From a virus: 64,000 nt of DNA. The notes under the pieces were generated by a model, which was given only the letters and a program-made list of their open reading frames with translations, was not told where the DNA came from and ran no database searches. Below, piece by piece: positions 50,980 to 61,564 of the stretch (positions within the stretch are counted from its first letter, which is position 1; the number at the start of each line of letters is the position of its first letter). The stretch covers positions 18,595-82,594 of the IMG/VR virus record IMGVR_UViG_3300020196_000016. One strand, written 5' to 3'. The translations under genes and the position numbers were made by a program.

Positions 50980-51786
50980 TTATAAATCGTAAGCACCTCT
51001 CCAATGACAAACAACCAAAGTTGCTTCATCTATTCTTGATCCACCACATTTTTCATTATCAATTATTTTATTAAGAAATAGATGATCTTCATTTAAACCT
51101 TCTAATCTTTGATAATTTTGGTCTAATATCATTGTAGAGTCTGTCCAAGTTGTTTTTATATTTTTTCTATGAGATATAGAAGAAGAAGAACATCTTATAC
51201 GGTTTTTTTCAAAATTTTCTTTAAAGAATAAATCTTTTATTCCATAAGTTAATAAATTTACTGATTCTTTGTTCTTTATTTTTTCTTCTATTTGTTTTTT
51301 TCTTTCTTCTAGATTTTCAGACCACTTTAAAACTGTTGAATGTACGTATCTAATTGGATTGTTTATCCACAATAAACTTTGTGGTGCTTTTTCCCAAGCA
51401 CCATTTAATACCATTAAATGATTTGGTAATATTAAATCATCAGTATCAAGATAACAAATTATATCACCAGTTGCTAAATAACATCCAACACCACGAGGAA
51501 AACCTCTAAAATTATAAGTTGTTTTTTTATCATCTTTTTCAATGTTGTTCGTTAGTTTTTCTTCTTTTTTATCCAAATAAACAAATCTTATTAATGGATT
51601 GTCTTTATAGAAAGAATCATATAATTCTTTTGTTATATTACAACCATCAGAAACTATTATAAGCTCTTTATCTTCGTGAATTTGAGATAAAAAACTACTA
51701 ACAGATCGTATAAATTTTTCTTTAGGTCTACTACGCGCACCTGGATAATCGCCTAAATAAGATTGCATAACTACTGATATTTTCAT
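50980..51786 (-). CDS. Glycosyltransferase family 2
   Basis: ISVVM, ELIIVSDGC, YLDTDD, ED. Confidence 0.85.
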   Translation of the reverse strand: MKISVVMQSYLGDYPGARSRPKEKFIRSVSSFLSQIHEDKELIIVSDGCNITKELYDSFYKDNPLIRFVYLDKKEEKLTNNIEKDDKKTTYNFRGFPRGVGCYLATGDIICYLDTDDLILPNHLMVLNGAWEKAPQSLLWINNPIRYVHSTVLKWSENLEERKKQIEEKIKNKESVNLLTYGIKDLFFKENFEKNRIRCSSSSISHRKNIKTTWTDSTMILDQNYQRLEGLNEDHLFLNKIIDNEKCGGSRIDEATLVVCHWRGAYDL

Positions 51787-51793
51787 ATATACC

Positions 51794-52960
51794 TCAAGAA
51801 TTCATCGCTTTATCTATCAATCTTTCATATCCACGAATATTCTCTGGATTTTGAATACTATAACGATATGAAAAATTTCTTGATTTTTTTAAATATTCTT
51901 CATTTTGATGTTCATTGCTATCAAAGTATTCAGCAACATAAGCAAGGTGCTCAACAGCTGTCTTAACATCGTTTTCTTCATAATACCAGCCCAGTTCTTT
52001 CATCATTGGACTATTATGAACAACTGGATATCCCATCCAAGATGCGTCGAGATAAAGATAATTTAATTCATTTTGGTTTTGATGTGATAGAACAATATCT
52101 GTATGCTGTTGTAGAGCCCAAACAATTGGATATCTTGCTTCAAAAAACATTTTTTGAGCTTTATATACGTCTAAATCTTTTACGAAATTAATTAAATCTT
52201 TTTTTAATTTAATTTTATCAGCAGAAAATAAATAACATCGTTCAATTGTATCAGGATGTTTTCGAAATAATTGCTCATTAATTATGATAGGCATTACACT
52301 AGTTTTAACCACATTAATATTTGGTTCCATGCTACAAATTCTTTTTTGTTTTTTACCAGATGGAGTATATTTTCCTGTATGAATATTATTTTGTTGTTTT
52401 AATAATTTATCAATATGACTCTGAATAAATCTTGGATCCCAAATATATGGACCAACAACAACTTCCGCGTCATACATTGTTTCAAAAAAATATTTATCTC
52501 TTTTATAATAATGTTCAGAAATCCAAATTAAACTTATGTTATTTTTGTTTCTAGCATAAACATTTCTAGCTTCAGAATTATCTTTGAATAAAATGGTTTC
52601 ATTAAAAGTGGATAATTCTGGTCCCATTATATGTTTGACTAGTTTTTTACCTTCTTTTTTTAGAACCTGACAGGTACTTTCCGACAAAGAACCTTGAGCT
52701 ATGACTATTAAATCACATTTTTCCAAAGATTCTTGCAATGTTATCATGTGATGAATATAAGGTTTAAATTCATCGTTTATATTTTCTTTCTTTGGTTCGT
52801 TTGCGGTATTAATTATATAAGCCACCTCAACGTTTCGACATTTTTCGTATATATCTCTCAATATTAAAACGTTTTGTCTTATACCGTTTGAAAATAAACT
52901 ATCACTGTAGTCAGTTACAGCTATTGTTATTCCAATTCTAACTTTTCTTTCTGTTTTCAT
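51794..52960 (-). CDS. DUF2827-like (GT-B fold) protein
   Basis: SLFSNGIRQN, PYIWDP, EPNINVVK, SHQNQNELNYLY, GYPVVHNS. Confidence 0.8.
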   Translation of the reverse strand: MKTERKVRIGITIAVTDYSDSLFSNGIRQNVLILRDIYEKCRNVEVAYIINTANEPKKENINDEFKPYIHHMITLQESLEKCDLIVIAQGSLSESTCQVLKKEGKKLVKHIMGPELSTFNETILFKDNSEARNVYARNKNNISLIWISEHYYKRDKYFFETMYDAEVVVGPYIWDPRFIQSHIDKLLKQQNNIHTGKYTPSGKKQKRICSMEPNINVVKTSVMPIIINEQLFRKHPDTIERCYLFSADKIKLKKDLINFVKDLDVYKAQKMFFEARYPIVWALQQHTDIVLSHQNQNELNYLYLDASWMGYPVVHNSPMMKELGWYYEENDVKTAVEHLAYVAEYFDSNEHQNEEYLKKSRNFSYRYSIQNPENIRGYERLIDKAMNS

Positions 52961-52977
52961 AAAAAATCTTACTTGCC

Positions 52978-53445
52978 TTAATTAGTTTTAAAATATAGTT
53001 CAGCTTCGGATTCTCGACGTTTAGTTAAACCACGCAATGCTTTTCCAGCAGCTTTATTCCATTTTAAAAATTCATCGCGTATTGTTGGATCAAGTGGATT
53101 AGTATTTACTTTTTTAAGTAATGTAGATGATTTTAATGCTCCTACTCCAACATTATAAGCAAAACAAACAAGAGCGTCAAATTGGCTTTGCGTTATATCA
53201 TCTCTGGTATATGTATCAACATGCTTTTCAAATGTTGTTAATACATGTAATAATAATTGTGTCGATCGTTCTTCGGTTATTGCTGGATCGTCTATTTTTA
53301 CTTTTGCCCCATATTCATAAAAGGTTGAACCATATCCGATTGTTGGAACATTTGCGGGACAAAGATATGGTTGAGCGCAGAAGCCTTCAAACTTCTTTAT
53401 AAGATCAAGAGCAGATTTTGATACTTTTGTTATTTTTTGAGTCAT
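52978..53445 (-). CDS. Lysozyme (GH24) endolysin
   Basis: IKKFEG...YLCPANVPTIGYG, QFDALV, GLTKRR..E. Confidence 0.95.
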   Translation of the reverse strand: MTQKITKVSKSALDLIKKFEGFCAQPYLCPANVPTIGYGSTFYEYGAKVKIDDPAITEERSTQLLLHVLTTFEKHVDTYTRDDITQSQFDALVCFAYNVGVGALKSSTLLKKVNTNPLDPTIRDEFLKWNKAAGKALRGLTKRRESEAELYFKTN

Positions 53446-53559
53446 ATGTTTTATTTCTATGTCTCCTTTTATAAATATGGCGAGAAACAGTAATAATATT
53501 AATTTTTCAAAAAAGAAACCTACCTTTACAGATAGGTTTATATCATACAGAAGGTTTTG

Positions 53560-53982
53560 TTAACCTATCGTTATAACTTGTTTTCTATTACCGGATGAAT
53601 TCCAACTTACATGAACCCAGCCACTATCTGGAATACCTGGTTTGTAGTATTCCAATATCAACTGATCGAAATTTAAATTATTTTTGATCCAGCAAAACAA
53701 TATTTTGTTATCCATTCCTGGAATTTCTATATCTGCTGCTTGACCCGTTAGGTGTTGACTATTTCTTGCTCCACCAATAGCTTTATTTAGTTTTGGACCA
53801 CGATAACCACTATTCACAACAACAGGACGACCGAAATTAATTCGGATTTTTTCTAGCACATTTTCACAAAGCTGCTTTAAGTTTTCTATCTCTTTTGGTC
53901 CTGGCGTATTTTCAATACCTTTTCTTTCACCAGTTTGAGACTTTGTCATTTCTTGCAAAGAAAAATGTTCACTTAGTTTCAT
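53560..53982 (-). CDS. Peptidase M15A (Zn D-Ala-D-Ala peptidase)
   Basis: SGYR...LN..IGG..NSQH..GQAAD, WVHVS. Confidence 0.92.
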   Translation of the reverse strand: MKLSEHFSLQEMTKSQTGERKGIENTPGPKEIENLKQLCENVLEKIRINFGRPVVVNSGYRGPKLNKAIGGARNSQHLTGQAADIEIPGMDNKILFCWIKNNLNFDQLILEYYKPGIPDSGWVHVSWNSSGNRKQVITIG

Positions 53983-54388
53983 CTTTTAACTCCCCATATT
54001 CGTCTAATAATGGTTCTAGCCAATGATTATCCCACCCACATTTTAGTGAATGTTCATTGCAAGTATAGCCATATTTTTGACCTAATTCAACATGATAAAG
54101 TTCATGTATAACACATTCACCAATATATTTGTCATTCATTATGATCATACCACGATTACCAAAATCTTTATTTCCAGTACGAGCAATATAACATTCAAGA
54201 TTTGGCATAGGCTGTTTATTTTTACACATAAAATCTGTTCTATAAACAACTTCTGATATATTTTCCATTTTTTCTAATGCTATATCTAATGCTAACTCTC
54301 CATATTGTGGTTTAGAACAATCAATAAATTTAGGTCCAGTTTGTGTACATGCATTTAAAAATAATAAAGTTATTAATAATTTTTTCAC
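53969..54388 (-). CDS. Lipoprotein with HExxH motif
   Basis: Signal ending LNAC; IHELYH. Confidence 0.6.
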   Translation of the reverse strand: MKKLLITLLFLNACTQTGPKFIDCSKPQYGELALDIALEKMENISEVVYRTDFMCKNKQPMPNLECYIARTGNKDFGNRGMIIMNDKYIGECVIHELYHVELGQKYGYTCNEHSLKCGWDNHWLEPLLDEYGELKDETK

Positions 54389-54620
54389 TTATGTTTTTTG
54401 CTTGCTGCTTCTGCTATAGCAAGTATTCCTATGCTGATAATCCACACTGGTATACTTGACAAAAGACTTGCCATCAATATGTATAATCCAAGATGTTCCA
54501 TATATAATATATACTCTCAGTCCCAAAATCTGTCAATAGTTTCTAAAATACCAATAAAATCATGCAACGGATCACCACTACCATCTGTGTTAACTGAAAT
54601 CTGTGTTTTAATTTTATTAT

Positions 54621-55196
54621 TCATGTAAAACTCCTTGTTTTCTTTCCTTCTTCACAAGAATCGCAAAGTGTGCGAATCCAACCGCCTTCTCTTGCTTTCC
54701 CAGGAACACCACAATCTTCACAAGTTATTGCGCTCATGGATTCAGCCATAGCAATAACTCCACTACAAAATTCATCTCCACCACTACTATAAACTCGTAG
54801 TGTTCCAAACTTTTCTTTGATTTGTGTAAATACAAGTTGTGTTGGTGGCTTATGAAATTCTTCACGAAATTTTTTACCTTCTACATCTCGCTTTACATAT
54901 TCTTCTGACTGTTCATCGTTCCATCCAAGACGCTTTTTGAAATGATACTTTAGGTTTGTAGGATTTCCATTGATCGCCTGACGCAGAGCACGATTGTATC
55001 CACGAACTCTGGCGGTGTTTTGACGAGTTTGTGTAATGTGGCCTTGAATCAAACCACACATACGCTTTATGATGGGAAACCAACCTGGACCACAATCTAG
55101 TCCCCAACACATGCAAGTCTGTGTCATAGGTAGATTTCGTTCTGCAAACAATTTTGGATACTTATCGTAAAGTTGTTGTTCAAGTTCTTGCTTCAT
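54621..55196 (-). CDS. Conserved phage hypothetical protein with Zn ribbon
   Basis: QIKEKFGTLRVY, TCEDCG...WIRTLC. Confidence 0.8.
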   Translation of the reverse strand: MKQELEQQLYDKYPKLFAERNLPMTQTCMCWGLDCGPGWFPIIKRMCGLIQGHITQTRQNTARVRGYNRALRQAINGNPTNLKYHFKKRLGWNDEQSEEYVKRDVEGKKFREEFHKPPTQLVFTQIKEKFGTLRVYSSGGDEFCSGVIAMAESMSAITCEDCGVPGKAREGGWIRTLCDSCEEGKKTRSFT

Positions 55197-55579
55197 TATT
55201 TTTCCTCCGTAATCAATTCAAAATGAGCTATTTTTCCTTTTACAAAATAAGCAGAATATTCAATATACAAATCAAGATCTGTATCCCAATGATAAAAACG
55301 AACTTCTCCAGTATGGTTAAGTTTTACTGGTTGTTTTGGTACTTGTTTTAGGGCACCAATCCAACTAAGTTTATCCCATGATGGGTCTTTATAGTATGGT
55401 CGTTCTTCTTCTGGGACAATATCCCAATTAAAAAAATGATGAACTAACTCACCATCTTTTGTAATGACATATTTGTCAAGACAATTGACCAAACTTTTTG
55501 TTTGAAATACCTCATCTTGATACTTCGCATGTTTCTCAGGAAGAGGATATTCGCAAGTTAGTTCATCATACATTCCCAT
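55196..55579 (-). CDS. Conserved hypothetical protein (MGMYD type)
   Basis: MGMYD...FQTKSL...Y.ITKDG.L...TGEVRFY. Confidence 0.75.
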   Translation of the reverse strand: MGMYDELTCEYPLPEKHAKYQDEVFQTKSLVNCLDKYVITKDGELVHHFFNWDIVPEEERPYYKDPSWDKLSWIGALKQVPKQPVKLNHTGEVRFYHWDTDLDLYIEYSAYFVKGKIAHFELITEEK

Positions 55580-55582
55580 ATT

Positions 55583-55858
55583 TTAATCCCTCAAAAGACC
55601 AATAACAAAATTTTCTTTACAAGTCAAAAAAGTATTTTCACCAAACTTTGCTTCTTCAACCATATTACCTTCAACAAGCACAATCTGTCCGACAGAAACA
55701 GATAATACACAGTCATTTGCCTTATCAAGAACACGATAGGCAACATTATCTGGTCGTTTCGTTGAACCAGCAAAAAATAGTTCTTCTTTCTTTTCTTCTT
55801 CTTTTTTTACAACTTCCAATACAAGTCGTTTATTTCGCGGTTCCAATTTCATCCTCAT
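55583..55858 (-). CDS. groS: GroES-like co-chaperonin
   Basis: LEPRNKRLVLE...VSVGQIVLV...KENFVIG. Confidence 0.75.
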   Translation of the reverse strand: MRMKLEPRNKRLVLEVVKKEEEKKEELFFAGSTKRPDNVAYRVLDKANDCVLSVSVGQIVLVEGNMVEEAKFGENTFLTCKENFVIGLLRD

Positions 55859-56136
55859 ACTCCAACTTTAAGCTTGTTCTTGATTACACTGATAAATTCC
55901 TCAAAATCTTCAAGATCCTCGCCCTTCTGTGCCATACGATAAGCACGAAGCAGCTTACTCTGATCTTCTCGTGAAAGAAAGCTATTATCAGCGTAATGCT
56001 TTTTTAGTGCAAGCTTGTGTTCACGATAAGGCTCAATTGCCTGCTCAATCTCATTAAGAGTTTTGAGATAATTTACAATATGTTCTTCACGGGTCAATTT
56101 TTTATCGTTTTGCTCAAGTGTCTTTAGGTCAGTCAT
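55855..56136 (-). CDS. Small helical protein, possibly DNA-binding
   Basis: GGAG RBS; own promoter TTGACA-16bp-TAAACT at 56182-56209. Confidence 0.6.
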   Translation of the reverse strand: MTDLKTLEQNDKKLTREEHIVNYLKTLNEIEQAIEPYREHKLALKKHYADNSFLSREDQSKLLRAYRMAQKGEDLEDFEEFISVIKNKLKVGV

Positions 56137-56205
56137 TATATTCTCCCTAATAGAAAGCGCCCCGATCAAGGGACGCCTCCAAGTTTAGCAGGTTTTCAAT
56201 CGGTG

Positions 56206-58275
56206 TCAAGTCACGACACAAGCACCACCTACACAAGCAGCTTCACCAGATAAATTTGTATAATCTTGATCTTCTCTAATCAGATCAATATCAACACTTA
56301 CTAATTGAGACATTCTTTTATTATATTCTGCTTCTCCAATATCTTCAAATGGCGCCTGGTGATAAGTGTGGTCGCTATGAGGTAGAAGTGAAATAGCAGC
56401 ATAGCTATCTTTATTCTTCCACATCCATTCAGTAACTTGTGCCCATTCATGATTACGAACTGAAACAGTAATAGAAACGTTGTGTGTGTTATCGCCTCTA
56501 CGATGACCACCTTGAATCCAATCAAGATATACTTTCTTCATCCGTTCAAGTTGTTGAATTGCTGTTTCTTTTCTTGTAATAGATCCTTCGGGTGCTCGCT
56601 GTGGCAATGTTAGAATTGCATTGTTCTTGTTAAATGTATCATCTTCAAGAAGTTCTGGATGAAACATTTTTAGATAACCATACATTGTTTCTGTCTTTAA
56701 AAGACGCATACGACGAAGATAAAACTCATTGTGCCATGCATGAATACCAGATGAACAGCCAAGAACACAAGAAGTTGTTCCACTTGGTTTTACAGTTGTT
56801 ACACGGGCAGCTTTATTGATACCAAGAATTTTAGCCATACGTTCATTTTCTTTTGTTGCCGCTTCTGCTGCCGCAGCCATATCAAGAGCCAATACTTTAC
56901 CACTTGCAATACCAGTCATACCAATACCAAGTAGTGCTTCTTTTTCTGTTGTTTTACGCCAAATATCACGCAAATAATGAAAATCAGTATATGAAGCTTG
57001 AAGCGTTCCAATGAAAGCAGCAGCTTTTACACGATTTTCATAATCAGCTTGATCTTGTATATCGCTTGCGTTGATTTCACAAAGATTACAGAATTGATTT
57101 GTTCGCAGGCCGATTTCACCACATGGATTTGTGCCCCAATCTGGGTTATTTGTCCAGAATATACCTGGTTCACCAGCTTTGCTTTCTTCGGTAATTTTCA
57201 AGATACGTTCAAAGTCAGCTTTTTTGCGCATTTTATGACGAACAAGAACAACACTATTATTTGCACGACCACGCTGTTCTTGAACATAAAACCACGGAAC
57301 AATACCGTTATCTAAATAGAATGGAATATCATGCTCACCAACATCAGCCTCAACTGTGCGGACTCCATAGGCAGGGTCATTGTAGGCTATTTTAACGCGT
57401 TTATAAGTGGTGTTTGTTGCTTCATCAACAGTACGAATTTCTAGTTTAACTTCATTACCATATTGATCATGTTTTATTAGCGTAACAGATTCATGTGATA
57501 CAAGTTTAAAATTACTCTTGCAAGTAAGCATTGATTCATCATCAATATCAAATAGAGAAATCATTGCTGAACGACGAATACCACCAGCAAGAACAGCGTC
57601 TGCCAAATGACAAAGAATATCGTGAATCTGAACTGAGCGGAGTTGTTCTCCATTTTCTACACTATCAAGAATACCACGAACATTCTCTAATGCACGCTTT
57701 AATGGTTCTGAACCTGGAGCTTTACCACCACCGGTTTTAATTGGTGTGCCTTTTGCGCGAATTGAAGAATAATCAAAACGGACTTTTGGTGAATTTGGCT
57801 GCATGTATGACTTCATCAATACCTTTACAGCATCAGCCCAACCTTCGATGCTGTCACCAACAAGAAATTTCTTTTCTCCCCGTGTTGGTTTTGTTACTGG
57901 TGGTAGTTTTTCAATGTGTTTTTTCTGTACCGAATAACCTACTCCACAACCTGCAAGCAAGAGGAACATAGTTTCACTAAAACTATGAATATTATCAATA
58001 TGCTGAAATGAGCAATTGTAAATACGTGAATTGTTTACTTCAATTGCTTTTCCACCAAACTGCATGGAACGCATTGAAGGAAGAACTTTTTTATCATACA
58101 CAAATTTGTATGCTTCTTCAATCTGATCTTTTAGATCAGGAAATTTAGCAACGTGCATTGCTTTATTACGATCAACGAGTTCAACCCAATTTTCACGACG
58201 ACCAAGTTTCTCGTCAAATTTAGCATATCGTGAAAAAACCGTTACGTCTGATAATATTTTGCTTGCTTTATCCAT
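56206..58275 (-). CDS. nrdJ: Class II (B12-dependent) ribonucleotide reductase
   Basis: LPSMR, YNC, GCGVG, GGIRRSA, TNPCGEI, FCNL, VKPSGT, C-terminal CVGGAC. Confidence 0.92.
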   Translation of the reverse strand: MDKASKILSDVTVFSRYAKFDEKLGRRENWVELVDRNKAMHVAKFPDLKDQIEEAYKFVYDKKVLPSMRSMQFGGKAIEVNNSRIYNCSFQHIDNIHSFSETMFLLLAGCGVGYSVQKKHIEKLPPVTKPTRGEKKFLVGDSIEGWADAVKVLMKSYMQPNSPKVRFDYSSIRAKGTPIKTGGGKAPGSEPLKRALENVRGILDSVENGEQLRSVQIHDILCHLADAVLAGGIRRSAMISLFDIDDESMLTCKSNFKLVSHESVTLIKHDQYGNEVKLEIRTVDEATNTTYKRVKIAYNDPAYGVRTVEADVGEHDIPFYLDNGIVPWFYVQEQRGRANNSVVLVRHKMRKKADFERILKITEESKAGEPGIFWTNNPDWGTNPCGEIGLRTNQFCNLCEINASDIQDQADYENRVKAAAFIGTLQASYTDFHYLRDIWRKTTEKEALLGIGMTGIASGKVLALDMAAAAEAATKENERMAKILGINKAARVTTVKPSGTTSCVLGCSSGIHAWHNEFYLRRMRLLKTETMYGYLKMFHPELLEDDTFNKNNAILTLPQRAPEGSITRKETAIQQLERMKKVYLDWIQGGHRRGDNTHNVSITVSVRNHEWAQVTEWMWKNKDSYAAISLLPHSDHTYHQAPFEDIGEAEYNKRMSQLVSVDIDLIREDQDYTNLSGEAACVGGACVVT

Positions 58276-58279
58276 GTTA

Positions 58280-59668
58280 TTATTCTCCCTTTAATTCTTT
58301 CTGTTCTTTTCTGTGTTTGGCGTATCTTTCTTTTAATTTCTTGGCTTGATCTGCTGCAGCGTTTTTATTGATTTCATCAACAGTTTCATTTGTTGGTTCC
58401 ATCACTTTAATTGCTACATTTGATGTATCCATGAAAATTGGTAAAACTACTCCATCTGGACCATTTCTATTTTTTGCTATAAAAATACGACCGGTATTGT
58501 TTTGTTTGTGAGTTGCAGTTCGGGAAAGACTGAAAATAAAATCAGCAACGAAACATTTATTGAAAGCTTCACTAATACTTTCCATAGTTACTACTTCTGC
58601 GTTCAGACCTGAACGGTTTGTTTGTGAAGCTGTCCAAAGAGGACACTTGAACTCTGCTGCAATTCCACGTAATTCTTCATAGATGCCTTCAAGTTCATTT
58701 CTTTTCTCTCTTTGCGCGGTTACAGGTTTTAACAAATCACCATAATCAACAACAACCATATCAACTTTAAAGTCTCGTTGTTCCAGTTTTTTAAGATGAT
58801 TTCTTAATGTCTCCGTTGATACCGATTTCGTCGGATATTCTTTAATTATAAGCTTGCCGGGAATCTCTCTCACTTTTTCAAAAACTTCTTCTTTTGCGAG
58901 ATTTAGACCTTTTAATGGAAAGCCAGTCAAACAACTATCAAAACGGCGCCCAATAACTGTATCTCCAAGTTCAAGAGTATAATAAACAACATTTCGTCCT
59001 TGTTTCATCGCTTGTGCAGCAAGATGAACCAATGCCATACTTTTACCAGCACCGGTTGGAGCAACAACAACACCTAATTCTCCTTTTCCATGACCGCCTT
59101 GAATGAAATTATCTATAACATCCCATCCTGTTGAAATTGGATCACGGGCTTTTAATTTATATCGCTCTTCAAAGTGTTTCATGAAGTCATAACCATGCTC
59201 ATTATCAAGTCCAAGTTTAAGAGCACCGTTAATAATCTTTGAAACTTCGTCAAATGAAGAGTTTTCCATCAAGCCAACACTTTTTAACATTGCCTCTTTT
59301 AATTTTTGTTTTTTACAGAAATCAAGACTTTTATCTTTTACATATTCATCTTCAATATCTTCAATTGTGCCGGCAAGAACACGAGCAAAGAAATCACGAA
59401 CCTGTTTCTGCATCACAGGTGTTTGTTTTTCAAGTTCTGAACGCAGAATTGTTTCTACGGTTGAACGGTTTGGAAAACAACCATAAGTTGTATTATATTT
59501 AAATACATAATCTACAAACACTTGTAGATATTTTAATTCAAAAAAGCTTATATCCAATACTTCACTAATCTGTGAAGCAAATACAGAGTCATCCAATATT
59601 AATTGGACTAATTTCTCTTGAAACTCTTTTCCAAAAGAGCCAAGTGATGGTTCATTTTTTATAGCCAT
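58280..59668 (-). CDS. Replicative DnaB-like helicase
   Basis: APTGAGKS, YYTLE, VDYGDL, TASQTNR, AKNRNG. Confidence 0.93.
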   Translation of the reverse strand: MAIKNEPSLGSFGKEFQEKLVQLILDDSVFASQISEVLDISFFELKYLQVFVDYVFKYNTTYGCFPNRSTVETILRSELEKQTPVMQKQVRDFFARVLAGTIEDIEDEYVKDKSLDFCKKQKLKEAMLKSVGLMENSSFDEVSKIINGALKLGLDNEHGYDFMKHFEERYKLKARDPISTGWDVIDNFIQGGHGKGELGVVVAPTGAGKSMALVHLAAQAMKQGRNVVYYTLELGDTVIGRRFDSCLTGFPLKGLNLAKEEVFEKVREIPGKLIIKEYPTKSVSTETLRNHLKKLEQRDFKVDMVVVDYGDLLKPVTAQREKRNELEGIYEELRGIAAEFKCPLWTASQTNRSGLNAEVVTMESISEAFNKCFVADFIFSLSRTATHKQNNTGRIFIAKNRNGPDGVVLPIFMDTSNVAIKVMEPTNETVDEINKNAAADQAKKLKERYAKHRKEQKELKGE

Positions 59669-59688
59669 ACGCTCCTCAGAGGAAAGTC

Positions 59689-59717
59689 AGCATACTTGAT
59701 CCAGACACGGTCGTCAA
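59689..59717 (-). promoter_or_regulatory. Sigma70-type promoter of the helicase gene
   Basis: TTGACG-17bp-TATGCT. Confidence 0.7.
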
Positions 59718-60682
59718 GGTGCTGACTTGTAATCACTAATTATACGGTTAAATGTTGTAAACAACTCATTTAAGTTTAAATCCGCAAAACCATCAAGAAT
59801 AGAACATTTCAAGAAGTCTGTTTTATTAAATTCTGGTTGGAAATTTTCTAAAACATAATCAGTTTTATTCTGTGCTTGAAGCGACATATTTGGTTGATAC
59901 AGCTGCATAATTTGATAGTTTAGATACACTTTATCTTTGTCTGATAGGATATTTTCAAAGATTTTTCCATCTCCCTTATTCACTTCACATTTCTCCAAAA
60001 TATCGTCAACTGTATATCGCTCTTGTTCGGCAAGAATAGGAAATTTTTTTGCTAAACTTGTTAAACCAACACCCCTAACACCTTCAAGATTATCACTTTT
60101 ATCGCCCGCAATTGATCGGGCAAGAGCAAAGTTATTTGGGTGAATACTAAATTCTTCAACAACACGATTTTTATTTAGTATTTCATCTTGAACTGGACGC
60201 ATAAGTATTGTTTTATCATCCAGCAACTGAATAAAATCTTTATCACTGGATACAATCACTTTTACGTAATCTTTGTGATCTTTATGTTGAACGACATAGG
60301 AAATAAGATCATCTGCTTCAACATTTTCTTCCATAAGCTGAACTACCGGACATAGATTTAAATATTCAAATGTTTTTAGTTGCTGCCAGATACGATTTTC
60401 AAATTCTTGTTTTTCATCCAAGACCTTTACATTTCTGTTGAGGCGTAGTGGATTTCTACCTTCTTTGTAATCCTTGTGTAAGGCTTTCTTTTTACGGCTT
60501 CCGCCAGGACCATCCCAAGCAAAAATAATTTTGTCTGGTTTTGTATCTCGGCTTATCTTTTGCAGAGATTTAAAACTTCCAACAATACCGCCGATTGGTT
60601 GTCCCTGTTTAGAAATAGAAGGATTTACTACATAAGAACGAATGAACAAGTTCAATGCATCAACAATTAATATTTTTTTCAT
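59714..60682 (-). CDS. 5'-3' exonuclease (PolI N-domain / T4 RNase H-like)
   Basis: IVDALN, AWDG, YKEGR, EADD, SSDKDF, GDKSDN..GV.GVG. Confidence 0.94.
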   Translation of the reverse strand: MKKILIVDALNLFIRSYVVNPSISKQGQPIGGIVGSFKSLQKISRDTKPDKIIFAWDGPGGSRKKKALHKDYKEGRNPLRLNRNVKVLDEKQEFENRIWQQLKTFEYLNLCPVVQLMEENVEADDLISYVVQHKDHKDYVKVIVSSDKDFIQLLDDKTILMRPVQDEILNKNRVVEEFSIHPNNFALARSIAGDKSDNLEGVRGVGLTSLAKKFPILAEQERYTVDDILEKCEVNKGDGKIFENILSDKDKVYLNYQIMQLYQPNMSLQAQNKTDYVLENFQPEFNKTDFLKCSILDGFADLNLNELFTTFNRIISDYKSAP

Positions 60683-60685
60683 AAA

Positions 60686-61564
60686 TTATATAAAACTCTT
60701 TAAAAATTCAAAAGACATTCTTTTTCGATATTTTCCATTTTTCATTAAAGATTTAAAATTAGTAAGATAAAAATCTTTTGTCTTATTTCTCCACTCAGTA
60801 ATATTTTTATTAATTAATTTACAATCTAAATCATTTTCTGAATAAAATAAAGAATAATTTCTAGATGTATGTTTTAAAAATTTATCTCTATTAAAATTAT
60901 TATCTAAAGGTCTAATGTTTATATTTTCTACAGATGTTTTGTCAATTGCTGAAAAAATATAATTACCGTAAGAAACGTTGAATTTAATTTTTGTACTTCC
61001 TTTATTAGATTCTACCTTTTCTATCTCTTCTCCATTTACGTAAATTTTATGTTCTGTTTCGTATGGAACAAAATATGCAACTCCGACAGGTGAATCGGTA
61101 TCGGAAAAAAGCTTATAATCTAATTTATCCCATGCTAATAAGCGGTTTCGAAACATTTTTGTTCCATAATATGTCGACGGAATTATAGCTGAAACATAAT
61201 CGCAATTTTCAAGCATTAACTCTAAGCAATCTAAATATAAATCTTCATTTTTAAGTGATAAATTTTCACCTTTTCTTTTCATAGCATTTTTTGCTAAATA
61301 AGGAGGATTAGTTATACAAATTTTAAAATTTTTTGGAAAATTAGAAATAGTATCTCTTTGAATTATATCATTTCTACCTGGAATTATATCATAAGCTTTC
61401 CATTTATGATTAGAGAAAAAATTAGTTATATTACCACTTCCAGCAAAAGGCTCTAAAATATCTTCTCCTTTTGGGAGCATTTCATTCCAAATTTCAAAGG
61501 CGTTACCCTTAAATGGATTTATTATTGTGTAATATTGTCCTAGTATCTGCTTCTGACTGAGCAT
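60686..61564 (-). CDS. Amino (N6/N4) DNA methyltransferase
   Basis: GQYYT, LEPFAGSG, TNPPY. Confidence 0.85.
   Translation of the reverse strand: MLSQKQILGQYYTIINPFKGNAFEIWNEMLPKGEDILEPFAGSGNITNFFSNHKWKAYDIIPGRNDIIQRDTISNFPKNFKICITNPPYLAKNAMKRKGENLSLKNEDLYLDCLELMLENCDYVSAIIPSTYYGTKMFRNRLLAWDKLDYKLFSDTDSPVGVAYFVPYETEHKIYVNGEEIEKVESNKGSTKIKFNVSYGNYIFSAIDKTSVENINIRPLDNNFNRDKFLKHTSRNYSLFYSENDLDCKLINKNITEWRNKTKDFYLTNFKSLMKNGKYRKRMSFEFLKSFI

Noticed and set aside
57295-57513. Intein in RNR
   Set aside because: Too short and lacks the His-Asn-Cys/Ser/Thr end.
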